Notes: generated by a model from the sequence alone, not told the origin. DNA of 64,000 nt from Dimorphilus gyrociliatus (GCA_904063045.1 CAJFCJ010000019.1:2309700-2373699); one strand, 5' to 3'. Shown: positions 47,624 to 59,790, numbered from the stretch's first letter. Numbers and translations: made by a program.

Positions 47624-48857
47624 TCAGTCAAGATCAAGATCAGAATCAGTGTCATTTACGTGGCCACCTCCACACCTGATTATAGCTTTGTCAACCTCTT
47701 TATCGGGTAAAACTCCATGACTGGAAGTTAAAATAGATTGTTTACTTTTCTTATAAAGAGTACCTTATTTAACTTTAAATATTTACGATATTAGGAAATC
47801 TTCCACGTCAGTAGCATAGAAATCGTCACCGAATTCGTCAGTTAGTCGAATAAAGTTACCAATTAACTCCCTATTTTTATAAACCAAAATAGCGGGAACG
47901 CCGAATGAAGACTGCAAACAAAGAAATCAACAATAAAGAGATGAGTTTAATTTTTTGTATCGTTAATTTTATAAGCACTTACGAAATAAGTGCTTAATTT
48001 TGCGCTAGAAGCCTTTATTAGACAGAATTTCACGCTTTGGTATTCTTTAGCCAAGCATTGAAGACAACCGTTCATGGCTTCACATCCAGGGATATCCTAG
48101 AAAGTGGACAGAGTAGATATAAGTAGAAAAAAAGAAAAAATCGTTGTGAAATACATACATCTTCATATAGATGAATAACAATTTTAACTGAAGGATCCTC
48201 TTTGTCAATATTATCGAGAAAATTTTCCTTTGTGAGGGCAATAACCTTACCAAATCTCGGTCTAACATAAATATAAATAGAAATTTTTCAACTTATTAAA
48301 GTATAGTTTATAAAACTTACACATTTTCTAATCTTTTACGCATTTCTTCTATCCTCTTTTGTCTATATTCTTTGAGAAATTCATCTTCCAGCAAGTCCTC
48401 AAGATTTAATTCAAACTGTTCATCTTTCTCCTTTTCTTTTTTATCATCGAGCTGTTAAAAGAAATTCTGCCTTAGAAGACAGCAAAGAGCTATCAATTAG
48501 TATTATTTTACCTCAGATCTACAGGTTAGTTGAATTTTTTTCAAGACATCCAACCTTTCTAATTCTTGTTCTTCTCTTTTTTCATTTTCTAATTGTTTAT
48601 ACCTTCGAAAGTCATTAATGACACCTTTAGGCCCAGTCTGTTTATAAGATTTTATTATAAATATATATATTTTAATGATTTTATTTATTTCAAAATATTA
48701 CGTTAGTTGCATATTCTTTGAGTTCATTCATCGGTGGTTCCTGGAGCCCTTTATCAGGTCCTCCCGCCAAATTTTCTGATTCACCTTCATCCTCACTACT
48801 ACTACAATAATAGTGAGCTTTCTCACCTAAAAGTTTATCATCTAAGCTGACGGCCAT
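47624..48857 (-). CDS. PDCL: Phosducin-like protein 1 (PhLP1), multi-exon
   Basis: MAVSLDDKLLGEKAHYYCSSSEDE, TGPKGVINDFRRYKQLE, DFLLEKYRKKRMQEM, LAKEYQSVKFC, F..FGVPAILVYK, FGDDFYATDVEDFL. Stop at 47624. Confidence 0.92.
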
Positions 48858-49161
48858 CTAAACTGAAATCGGATACTATTGATTTATCGTCTATATAGTA
48901 TATAACACAATATCTTTACCAAAATGTATGAAAAATAACAAAAAAAATTGCAAACAGCAATATAATTCTTACTTGATTATTAAGGTTTAATTTGGTTTTG
49001 TATTAAAGCATATACTTTTCCTAAGCTGGTTTGATGAAAAATGAGAAAAATGATCAATGCTAACGTTAGGAGTATTTAGAGTAAACGGTATACCTAAATA
49101 CCGTAAAGAAGTAATTTTTATAAGAATGGTACTTTAGGAAAATATTGCGCAATTTCTCCAA

Positions 49162-49911
49162 NNNNNNNNNNNNNNNNNNNNNNNNNNNNNNNNNNNNNNN
49201 NNNNNNNNNNNNNNNNNNNNNNNNNNNNNNNNNNNNNNNNNNNNNNNNNNNNNNNNNNNNNNNNNNNNNNNNNNNNNNNNNNNNNNNNNNNNNNNNNNNN
49301 NNNNNNNNNNNNNNNNNNNNNNNNNNNNNNNNNNNNNNNNNNNNNNNNNNNNNNNNNNNNNNNNNNNNNNNNNNNNNNNNNNNNNNNNNNNNNNNNNNNN
49401 NNNNNNNNNNNNNNNNNNNNNNNNNNNNNNNNNNNNNNNNNNNNNNNNNNNNNNNNNNNNNNNNNNNNNNNNNNNNNNNNNNNNNNNNNNNNNNNNNNNN
49501 NNNNNNNNNNNNNNNNNNNNNNNNNNNNNNNNNNNNNNNNNNNNNNNNNNNNNNNNNNNNNNNNNNNNNNNNNNNNNNNNNNNNNNNNNNNNNNNNNNNN
49601 NNNNNNNNNNNNNNNNNNNNNNNNNNNNNNNNNNNNNNNNNNNNNNNNNNNNNNNNNNNNNNNNNNNNNNNNNNNNNNNNNNNNNNNNNNNNNNNNNNNN
49701 NNNNNNNNNNNNNNNNNNNNNNNNNNNNNNNNNNNNNNNNNNNNNNNNNNNNNNNNNNNNNNNNNNNNNNNNNNNNNNNNNNNNNNNNNNNNNNNNNNNN
49801 NNNNNNNNNNNNNNNNNNNNNNNNNNNNNNNNNNNNNNNNNNNNNNNNNNNNNNNNNNNNNNNNNNNNNNNNNNNNNNNNNNNNNNNNNNNNNNNNNNNN
49901 NNNNNNNNNNN
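49162..49911. other. Assembly gap (750 N)
   Basis: Run of N; it hides the CYB5R4 start codon and part of the PDCL/CYB5R4 intergenic region. Confidence 1.
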
Positions 49912-52391
49912 AATATACCGAAGCCAAGTTTTCCCGCTCCAGAATCCCAACAACGATCAAGTAATGGTCGAAATAAAGTTGTTCTCAAACCTGGCCATTC
50001 TTTGATGGATTGGATTAGATTAGGTAAATCAAAACCGGACCTAGCAGGAACTCGTGGAAAAATTCTAACTGTGACAGCTGAAGAACTAGCAAAACATAAT
50101 AAGCCAAATGATGCCTGGATGGCAATCAGGGGACGAGTGTATAATGTAACTCCATATATGGATTTTCATCCAGGAGGTATTATGGAACTTATGAGAGGAG
50201 TAGGAATGGATGCAACAGAACTCTTTATGGAAGTTCATAAATGGGTAAACGCAGAATCTATGCTTGAAAAATGTTACGTAGGAAAAATGGAAACAAACTT
50301 ACCAGTGCCGCAAGGTAAATACAAGAAAAAAACCGATTTCCTCATCATTTACAATATTAAACTCCTTTATTATTTCTAAATTCACTAAAAGTCACTTTAT
50401 TAATCAAAAAATTCCATCTTTTACTTATCTAATTCCATTTTTTATGACTTTGTTTTCTCTACCTAGGCCTACAAGCTAATTCCCAAGATATTAAAGGTAA
50501 AAAATAAGTAATATATTCTTTTTGCATAATTTAAGAAATTAATATAAAACCATATTAACTTTTTTACAACATTCTTAGAAATTCCTAAATCGGAAATGGA
50601 AAAGGATATAGCATCAGCTTATTCATACAAAGGAAATGAACCAATGTTAGTTAATTCCTTCTGTATATTCATTTGTGTGAATTTTATACTTTTAAGTTTT
50701 TATAATAAGGGGCACACTATTTAATTAGAGGAATTTAATTTTTATATTATCTATAGTACAAGCTGGGAAGAGTCTGATCTGAATCTTAATTTTATTGTCT
50801 ACGGAAAGAGACCTTTACAAGAGGAAGATGTCGTTATAGATCGATTAAATAACCGCTACGAAATCCATATATTCTGTGAGAAACCATCAAAGAAAGCTTG
50901 GTTGATTCATTTCGGTACGATTATGCAAATATGTTAAGATATTACGAATTACAACTTCTGTTTTATTTGTTTAATTTATAGAACCTAAATATAAACTATC
51001 TGATAAAAACATTTCAACCACTGTTGAAAACATACAGGGAGAAATTTATAGATTAATCATTACGTTTAAAAAAGCTTTACCTGGAAAATGGAATAGCCTT
51101 GGGAAGTTTTTAAACTCAAATTTATCTTTTGATAATAGACCTGATTGGAGTAAGACCACTGAGTTTATATGATATTATCTTAATGTTGTCTAAGATGGTA
51201 TGGTACTTTTCAGCATTACGCGAGAGACACTGCTTAATCGAAAGGATCGAAAACGTCACGCACGACACGAAACTGTTTTGCATACGTTTTCCACAGGGTT
51301 GTAGGATGCTCATTCCTATCGGCTATCACATCTACCTACATTCATCGATCGATGGTAGGAATAGTTATAATCAGAAGACGCCTGATTACACTATAGGCCT
51401 GTTAACCTTACTCGTATTCTTTCTTCTTAAAAAAACTCAGGTATGACTATCTCTAAGCCTTATACGGTTGTGCCACAAAATCTCCTTCCTCAAGCAAATG
51501 ATAAAAATGATCTCGGCTCTACTTGCTCATTAATGATTAAAATATACGACAATGGTTTTACGACTTGCTTAAGAGGTTTGAAAGTTGGTTAGTGTTGTAT
51601 TAAACGTCAAAAATTTCCATTATTTTATTTTTTTACCTGACCATTAAAGGATATCCATTACTAATCTCTCTTTTTCTTTTTTTTATCTTTTCCCTTTGTT
51701 TGAAGGTGAGTCAATAATTGCTGGTAATTACGAGGGCAGTTTTGACTTGGAAAAGTTGAAGAGAGCAGAAAATCTAGTTATGATTGCAGCCGGTACAGGC
51801 TTCACTCCAATGACTTCTCTTATTCATTACTGCCTCCAAAATCAAGATGACAAGTAAGTAGTATCTATTCTCTATCGATTTAGAAGTAGTCAGGTAACTC
51901 AGCTGGTAATTTATCAATGTTAATAAACAATTTTTATTTCGTAGGAAAGTAAAATTAATGTTCTTTAATAAGACGGAAGAAGATATATTATGGGCACGAG
52001 ATTTATGTGTCCTACAAGAAACTAATTCCAAGTAAACAATCTACGTATAATTAAAGAGCATATGTTGTTTGATACAAATTTTTTCCCTTTTAGTTTTAAT
52101 GTAATAAATGTACTTTCTCAACCGTCTGCTAATTGGCAAGGCCCAACTGGTAGAATTCGAAAAGAAATACTTGAAAACTGGCTACCAGCTGCAATATCAC
52201 CGGCTCTAGTTTGTGTATGTGGACCAAGTCCTTTTACAGAAACAACCTTTTTGTAAGTGTTTCTTTGATCATACTTTTCTATTTTAACTTAATATCCCCT
52301 ATCATAAATCTAATTATTGTTTAATTAACCCAGATTATTAAAAGACGAATTCCATTTTCCAGAAGAGAAATTACACATGTTCATAAGTTAA
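49912..52391 (+). CDS. CYB5R4: Cytochrome b5 reductase 4 (cyt b5, CS, FAD- and NAD-binding domains); 5' end in the gap
   Basis: Directly after the gap NIPKPSFPAPESQQRSS.GRNKVVLKPGHSLMDWIRL; heme domain VYNVTPYMDFHPGG; VTHDTKLFC, KPYTVV, IKIYDNG, LVMIAAGTGFTPM, LMFFNKTEEDILW, VCVCGPSPF. Stop at 52389-52391. Confidence 0.93.
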
Positions 52392-52471
52392 TAGGTTGAT
52401 TATTTATTTTGTTATTACAGACTGAATAAAAATATTTTAATAACAAAAAAATATCAAGTTCAAGGATTTTC

Positions 52472-54731
52472 TTATTTACTGCCACTTGCGCCGCCTTCAT
52501 CAGGTTTCTTAGGGTCTTCGCGGTCTTCGTCAGAACTATGATTACTATCACCTGCAAACTTTTTCGATGTCTCATCTTTTTTTTTCCAAAATCGTTTAAA
52601 TTTTTTAGCTCCCAACAGTACATTGGTTTGAGTGTCTGTAGCTGGTCTGCCTGCATGGCATAACTCTAAACATGCATCATCAACAGGTTTACAAAATTCC
52701 TTGCAATTTACATAAGCATCTCTATTTGTGCTTTTATTACGGTTCATCATTCTTAAATATGAAATGTTTGACAGACGGGCTTTTTCCGGTGAAGATTGTA
52801 GAGCAAACTTTGAACTTTGTTGAGGCAGATGAGACCCTACAGTGGACCACCTGATTTTGCTCTCAGCTTTTTCTCTTTCCATCGTAATAGGCTTAAATTC
52901 AGTGATAACTCTCAAAGCTCTTGCTTCTTCAGTATCGGTGTATTCAATTTGCAACTGGAATGGTAGCTTTTTTTCCATATTAGAATCCTTACCGTCAACC
53001 TTCTCCTTAAACTTTCTGGCACCTGGCTTCACACCGTATTCAAAAGTGATTTCAGTTTCTTTTGTTACATTTCCAAACACTTTTTCAACACGACTTTCCT
53101 GGTTGGTTTCATACCGGAAATAAAGTTCATTATGTAATAAAAGCGTTGCTTTAACGTTTGTCGCAATTATCGGAACTGCTAATATGTTACTAAACTCTTC
53201 AGACAGCTTTAGAGGATCGACTATGTTGACGTCTCCCTCGGTTTCATGAGCAACTCGTCCAATTTGAGATAAGTTACAGTCTGTTCCTTCGATGGTTATT
53301 ACAGATATAGCAATGCCCATGTCTCTAGCAAGAGTCGACACTTTTTCATAAAATTGGGAGGATTCTTTCAAATCTTTCTCTTCTTCTACACTACCACAAC
53401 CAATGTTAGCTTTTCCGTCTGTGCATAAAATTATCTTTGATCTGGGTGATTTTGAAGCTAAACCTATGGAAGTCATAAGGGCTGGTCCAAGAGCCGTTCG
53501 ACCATTTGCTTCCAATTCGAATAAAGCTTTACATAGTTGTTTATGTTTATTTTTGATCGAGTCTGGTTCAGGAAATTCTTTACCAATATTAAATAGAGCA
53601 TCGCTATCAGATAATTTATCTCCAGAAATATGAACTGTTTCTCCAGGTTTATCACCTACAAGAGTTACTTCGTTATTGAATGTAACTAACGCAACTCTTC
53701 TTTTCGGATGTTTAGCTTCCATATCGGACAATTGACTGTCAATAGCTGCTTGTACGCCTTGTAATCTGCTTACCCAAGTGACGTTGTTTTTTTCGTTTGG
53801 TAAAAGTTGAGGTTCTCTCGGATGATCCATGAATGATTCAAGTTGGCTTGTGTCATCACCCCGAAATTTCAGTTTACCGGGAACTTCCTTAGTCACGCAC
53901 ATACTGCCAGAAATATCAATGCAAAATATAACTATGCTCGCATCGCCATCAACCGTCATTTGTGCCGTTGAAGGGGCAGGTTGAAGCATATAAGTAGTAT
54001 CATTATTCTGAGGTATTTCTTCATCAACAATATTTAAAATATTCTCTGTTGAACAAAATTCGCAAATCCATTTCTTTTCAAATTCATTCAGATCTTCAAC
54101 TGTTGACATTTTATTCAAAATTCCAGTACAAGATTTACATCTTGTAGCATCACCAGTATGCATATAGTTTGGAGCAACTAGCTCTTGAAATCCAACAGAT
54201 ATAATGTTAGTATCAGCCTTACGAACACGTTTATGTAATTTCCCTGCCTTCCCTTCTGATCCTTTTCTAAATTTAGCTACTTTCGCCAATGGCTTTTTAA
54301 CGAAGCCAAAAAAACTCTTGGTTCTGAAACAATTCATTTGCATATCATTATTTATCTTGAATTTCAATTATTCATAGCCTACAAAAAGTATTACGTAAGA
54401 TAAGGAAATTTTTTGGAGTTACTATTTCTTCCTGGTTTCTGGGATTTAAATTTGTTTGATACTCTGTTATGATGTATGCTTAAGTATATCTATCGTGCAA
54501 AGTAGTAATTACTTAATTTAAAAAGGAAACATGTAATATATAAGGCAGACATTTTAATTAATTTTAATAATAAAAATAGCGGGGACTTTTATCAAAATAT
54601 AGTTCAACTTACTGTCTTTTTTCAACTTCTTCGTCGCTGCTAGAATTAACACCCATCTCGAAGGTATCTTCATCGACTTCTTCAGAGTCGGAGCCATCGT
54701 AGAAATATACATATTTAGAACCGAAATTCAT
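52472..54731 (-). CDS. Sec23/24-type zinc finger + VWA protein (circularly permuted Ras protein 1-like family, no Ras domain), 2 exons
   Basis: Exon 1 MNFGSKYVY..(54731) splices phase 2 to the gtttcag acceptor at about 54323. Zinc finger RCKSCTGIL..WICEFCSTEN; VWA IFCIDISGSMC..GRTALGPAL..LCTDGKAN. Confidence 0.8.
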
Positions 54732-54958
54732 AGTTTCTCTTTGGATTCTCCAGAGAGAAATGGCGATCTATGCTTACTTGCTTGCGTTTGTATTTCACAA
54801 TCGTGTTAATCATAACCTTAAAATGCGCCATCTGTAGTTTTCAAACAAAAATATCAGATAGATGTCGCGTCCGCTCGTTGCCATAACATCTAACAAGCCC
54901 TTAGTATACTGAAGGAAAAAGGCCAAAGTTAGGATATCTAAAGGAAAAAACGAAGAAA

Positions 54959-56417
54959 ATGTCGGCTAGTAAACAAGATCTTGGTCCTGGTTCTAAGCAT
55001 ATCCTTCAGAGCCGGGGAGCGGATAAGGATTTAACACATTTTTATATAACTCAGAATTCTACCACTTACGGCAGAAAGTTTCAAAACTTTCAACCTCGAA
55101 CTGGAAAGCATACTGGAACTGGCTATGCATCCAACTTTAGACCACAGGTCTATTACTCTTCACGTTTGGATGAAGTTGATAATCCATCAATGGGACGTAT
55201 AGTATCTGATAATTATCACTCTGTAACTGAAAAATCCTACAGACCATACGTTGGCCCAAATGGGACTGAACCTGTTCCTATTGACTGTAGAAAAAATAGA
55301 AGTGGTTTTACTTCCGAAATGGCTTTAGCAGGAATACCTCGGGAACGTCATGTACGAAACACCTTCATTGATACACGAAGTATGTCTGCTCCACTCGATT
55401 ATAGACCACGCCATAAGCCTTTACTACACAAGATTCAATCAAAAGATCCCATTGAAGCAGAAAATTATGGATATGGCCCGGTTTCAAATGCTTCGGAGAC
55501 CAGAGTAAAATTTCAAGGAGAAAGAGGCGATTCTTCGTATAATCAAGGACAGGCAGTGGGTCCTCAAGAAGGTTCAGGCTTCACTCATAATAAGAATGTT
55601 GAACCAGTAACTTTCCATCCTGATCAACAACACAGCAATGAAACTCCTGGCTGGTATACGAACAGACCAACTGGAATACCAATAACAACAACAGACTTTG
55701 GACCATTTAAATGGAAGGCTCGCGAAGAAAGAATCCCTGGACTTGTACCAAGAGGCGATCGAGATTCTGGTTTTGTCAATTCAATGAAGCCTAAACCCGA
55801 ATTCACTTCCCGAGTGATGAGCGATGCTTACGATAAAGCCTCAGACCAACCAGAATTGAAAGCTGATAGAGTTAGAAAGAATGATCCAGCCGAGTATATC
55901 AACATGCAACAGCCTAATAATTATAGCAGGTATATTCAAATATAGTCAAATTTTCCAAATATCTTTCTAATATGAAAATATTTGCAGTGTATCCAAAAAT
56001 GTCTATTTGGGTCGACAGAATAATCCTCAAACACTACCGGAACTATTAAACACGAAGGGCGTTGGTTGGAAGGAGAATACCGGATTTAGTAGTAACGAAT
56101 TAACTTATGGCGAAAAACCTGAAAATTACCCTGACCGATTTATAACACATTATCAAACAAAGTTCGTTGATAGGACTCCAGTTGGAAAAGCAAGAGAAGG
56201 TCACACATGGGGAAATGTACAAGAACAATGGCATGATGGGTTTACTAAAAGTACTGCAGTCCATAATTTTGGATCGGATATAAATACTACTGAAATGATA
56301 CACAATCACCCTCCATATCAAGCGAGGAGCACTGTGGCAAGAGACCCCTTCTTTGACGACCATACGTATGACACCAAAATGCATATTTATCAAAGAAGTA
56401 TGCAACAGGCTAGCTGA
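54959..56417 (+). CDS. PPP1R32: PPP1R32 / SAXO4-like axonemal microtubule inner protein, 2 exons
   Basis: FYITQNSTTYG..F.PRTG.H.GTGY.SNFRP, VG.QEGSGFT, G.KE.TGFS.N, RF.T.Y, ..VARDPFF match the PPP1R32 (C11orf66) repeats. Intron 55930-55987. Confidence 0.85.
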
Positions 56418-56604
56418 ATATATAAATAAATTAACTATATTATAATTCTGTTACAAATCAAACATTATTTCTTTTGGATGCATTAAACTGTATGCACAGC
56501 AAGCGAGTAAACATACAAACAAAAGGATAAACATAGGCCTATATTAATGTCATTATTTTTCGTTTTTTAAAAATAAAAATAAAAAATAGTAAAAATTGAT
56601 TAGA

Positions 56605-56958
56605 ATGACGAAGATTTTATTATTTACTGCTCTTCGAATAATAGCAGCTTTGTCTGAAGATAATTATGCGAAGGATAATTGGGATCCCTTAACGAAAACA
56701 CAAAGATACTATCCGGACGCGGCAGTGAGAAGTGAAAGAGCTCCACTTCCACGACATATCCGCCTTATAGTCGAAGCTAGAGATGCCAAACAACGACGAA
56801 CATATACAGATATTGTAATTGTCTTAGTCGTAGTATTCTTGATTTGGTCATTTGTTATTTGGACAATTTATTGCCCTTGTTTACACAAATATTCGCAAAA
56901 ACATTTTCCTGAAGATTGCGATTGTACCAATCCCGGTCGAAAGTCAGCTTTGAAATAA
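56605..56958 (+). CDS. Small orphan single-pass membrane protein (about 117 aa), intronless
   Basis: Possible signal peptide MTKILLFTALRIIAALS, TM IVIVLVVVFLIWSFVIWTIY followed by CPC. No family recognised. Confidence 0.5.
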   Translation: MTKILLFTALRIIAALSEDNYAKDNWDPLTKTQRYYPDAAVRSERAPLPRHIRLIVEARDAKQRRTYTDIVIVLVVVFLIWSFVIWTIYCPCLHKYSQKHFPEDCDCTNPGRKSALK

Positions 56959-57042
56959 AACCTCAAAGAGAAAAAAGGTATTTTTTAATAAAGAAAAGAG
57001 ACATAAAGAAAAATATCAATCTAGAAAACTGATGAAGTATTT

Positions 57043-58097
57043 TCAGGTCTTATGATAAAGATATAAAGCGCCAACAACCAATATGAAAGAAATACAAAAG
57101 TAAATGTTTAAAACCAATCCGAAAACCACCATTGATAAGGCTGTCGTGATAACCATTGCAGTTGAGACAATAAACATTCTTGTTATGTTGTTTCCATGCT
57201 TCATAATAGCTGCCATAATTAATCCAACTGAACTCAAGTTCAAGACAAGTAAAAAAGTTATAAAGGTGTATCCATGAAAAAGATTCCAGGCATCTAATGA
57301 AAACATATTTTGTTAGTGGATGTTTGATAGTTTAAAATATATATTCGTTTCTTACTCTTTTCGGTTGAGTTCATTGCTCCTACAATAAAAGAACCGCCGT
57401 TTATAATAATACCATAGACATATAGAAGTGAATTTTGCAGATGTATCGACATTTCATAACGATTTTTTAATATCAGTTCTGTATAAACACCTGATAAACC
57501 AGATACAAAACAATATAAACTTATCATAATGAGCCCTTTTCCTGTAATGTGAACGTAGTTCGCCGAAGCTATACTTTTATCTTGAATTTTTTGATGAATT
57601 CCCCCATAGCTATTGGATGCTCCAGCCATCATAAGCATAACCAAAGCTACCCATTGGAGTGGCGCTATAGGCTTTTTAATAATTAGTCGATAGAGGAAAG
57701 CTGTTGACAATATTTTCATATTTCCTAAGACTTGATAGGTTGCAGGATCCATTTCAACTTGCATTAACACTGATATATTATTATTAAAGGCATAGAGTAT
57801 TGCTGGAATTGCAAAAGGAAGGGACACTTTTAGGCCGGGCCATTCAAATTTCGTTTCGGCTTTTCTTAGTTGGGCATAGAGCATACCTAACGACATTACT
57901 AATTTGCAAAATTCAGCTACAAGTACTAGTGACGCTGATGAGAATGCCAGTTTTCCATTTTTCTCTTCTAAATGTACTAATATAGAATATGTGCCATAAA
58001 TGAGTACTCCAGCTAAACATAACAACTTCCATACTTGTGCATTCATTGGCTTTTTATGTTCGACCGCATTTTTACTTCCTTCTACATCGACAGTCAT
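57043..58097 (-). CDS. SLC35A4: Nucleotide-sugar transporter SLC35A4-like, 2 exons
   Basis: SSASLVLVAEFCKL, PFAIPAILYAFNNN, MDPATYQVLGNMKILSTAFLY, LHIT..G..LYCFVSGLSGVYTE, MKHGNNITRMFIVS fit SLC35A4 better than SLC35A1-3. One short phase-1 intron about 57294-57351. Confidence 0.85.
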
Positions 58098-58536
58098 TTC
58101 GTCTGAGTTTGAATTTTTAACCTAGAAAAAAGTGAAAATATTAATACTCTTTGAGTAATATAGAATACATTAACTAGACCTCCATTAGTAGTATTTAAGA
58201 TAAGCACAAGCGAATTCAAAAACGACTACGAAAATGGTATATAAAGGCGTATACTTGTTTTGAATAGGGTACCAGTTTTTTTTTTACAATGATATATCTA
58301 CTTTTTTTATAAAATAAAATTAGTTAAAATGTACAGTAAAATGTCTTATATAAACATTATATTTTATATTTGTAAGTTGAAGGATTTTTTTTTGAAAATC
58401 GAAAAAAATATCTTTAGAAGCCATTTTGGATGTTGTAGAGCCCTGAGTTTGTACCATACACCAAGACATTTTGACGATTACGATCAAATATCTCGATTTT
58501 TCTTAGTGTCACACGCAATTTTCACAATCTAGCGAA

Positions 58537-59295
58537 ATGCCTAGTATTAAGCTTAGCAGTTCAGATGGAGAAGTCTTCTCTGTAGAAGTAGAAATCGCTA
58601 AACAATCAAATACTATCAAAACTATGTTGGAAGATCTAGGAATGGACGAAGAGGATGACGAAGCTGTTCCTCTTCCAAACGTTAATGCGGCTATTTTGAA
58701 GCGTGTTATTCAATGGTGCACATATCACAAAGATGACCCACCACCTCCAGAAGACGATGAAAATAAAGAAAAAAGAACTGATGACATCTCAAGTTGGGAT
58801 GCTGACTTTTTGAAAGTTGATCAAGGTATATTTTCGATTAATGATTCTTCAATGAGAGCTAAAAGAATAAACTATTACCTTGTATCCCTACGAGCTTATT
58901 AATCCGGCGAGTATAGTGATTCAGACTAACCTATATTGTTTCGTGTTCTTAAAAGTAGTACAAGGGTCAGAGCTTTCTCAGAGAGTGTAATTGTTGTAGT
59001 GTTCTGATAATGGAGCTGAATTACTATACTACAATTTACAGGCTCAAATCGTCTTTTAACAGATTAATTAAACAATTTTGTCTCTTCCGTTGCAGGAACT
59101 CTCTTTGAATTGATCTTGGCAGCAAATTATCTGGATATTAAAGGTTTATTGGATGTTACTTGTAAAACAGTTGCCAATATGATAAAAGGCAAAAGTCCAG
59201 AAGAAATAAGAAAGACATTCAACATTAAAAATGATTTTACTCAAGCAGAAGAAGATCAGGTCAGACGTGAGAACGAATGGTGCGAAGAAAAGTAA
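58537..59295 (+). CDS. SKP1: S-phase kinase-associated protein 1 (SCF adaptor), 2 exons
   Basis: [15 protein letters not shown]...[92 protein letters not shown]. Confidence 0.99.
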
Positions 59296-59777
59296 TTTGC
59301 ATTGTATCATATTGAATTTCTCTTTCTTTTCCTCACTGTTACCATTACTCTTCCCTGTTTATCTTCACTTTTAAAAAATAAAAACGGGTTTACCTATCGA
59401 GTATATGTTTTTCCTATTTTCTATATTTTTAAATGGAGTGTCTCAGTCATAGATTATTTAGTGATATTGTGTTCTTTTCATAGAAAATTTTTTTTTAGCA
59501 GAAAACCAAGAGAAAACAAAGTCACATATTCTTCTTTATAAAACTGAAAATTTTATGTTTATGATAGATAATTAACAAATAAACAAACAAAAACTACTAT
59601 CATATTATTAATTTGAAGTATTATAATCATCTTTGCTTGAAGTATAAAAATACTGTTAACATTTACTTCAAATATTAAGTATAATACAATGGAATTTAAT
59701 ATAACAACTTTTATATTTAATACCTTATATTATACTTTAAAACAATACTGAATAAACACAAAGTACATTATGAAAAA

Positions 59778-59790
59778 CCCCATCTGGTGG
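59778..59790 (-). promoter_or_regulatory. CTCF-like motif CCACCAGATGGGG
   Basis: Close match to the CTCF core consensus CCASYAGRKGGCRS, in an AT-rich region between SKP1 and SLC26. Confidence 0.4.

Noticed and set aside
49066-50005. Four 280-295 aa ORFs full of X in the ORF track
   Set aside because: Artefacts of reading through the 750-N assembly gap.
58098-58536. Vertebrate-like conserved upstream ORF of SLC35A4
   Set aside because: No ATG between the acceptor at about 58122 and the main start, and no convincing ORF in the short shared promoter with SKP1. The 5' UTR exon is not defined.
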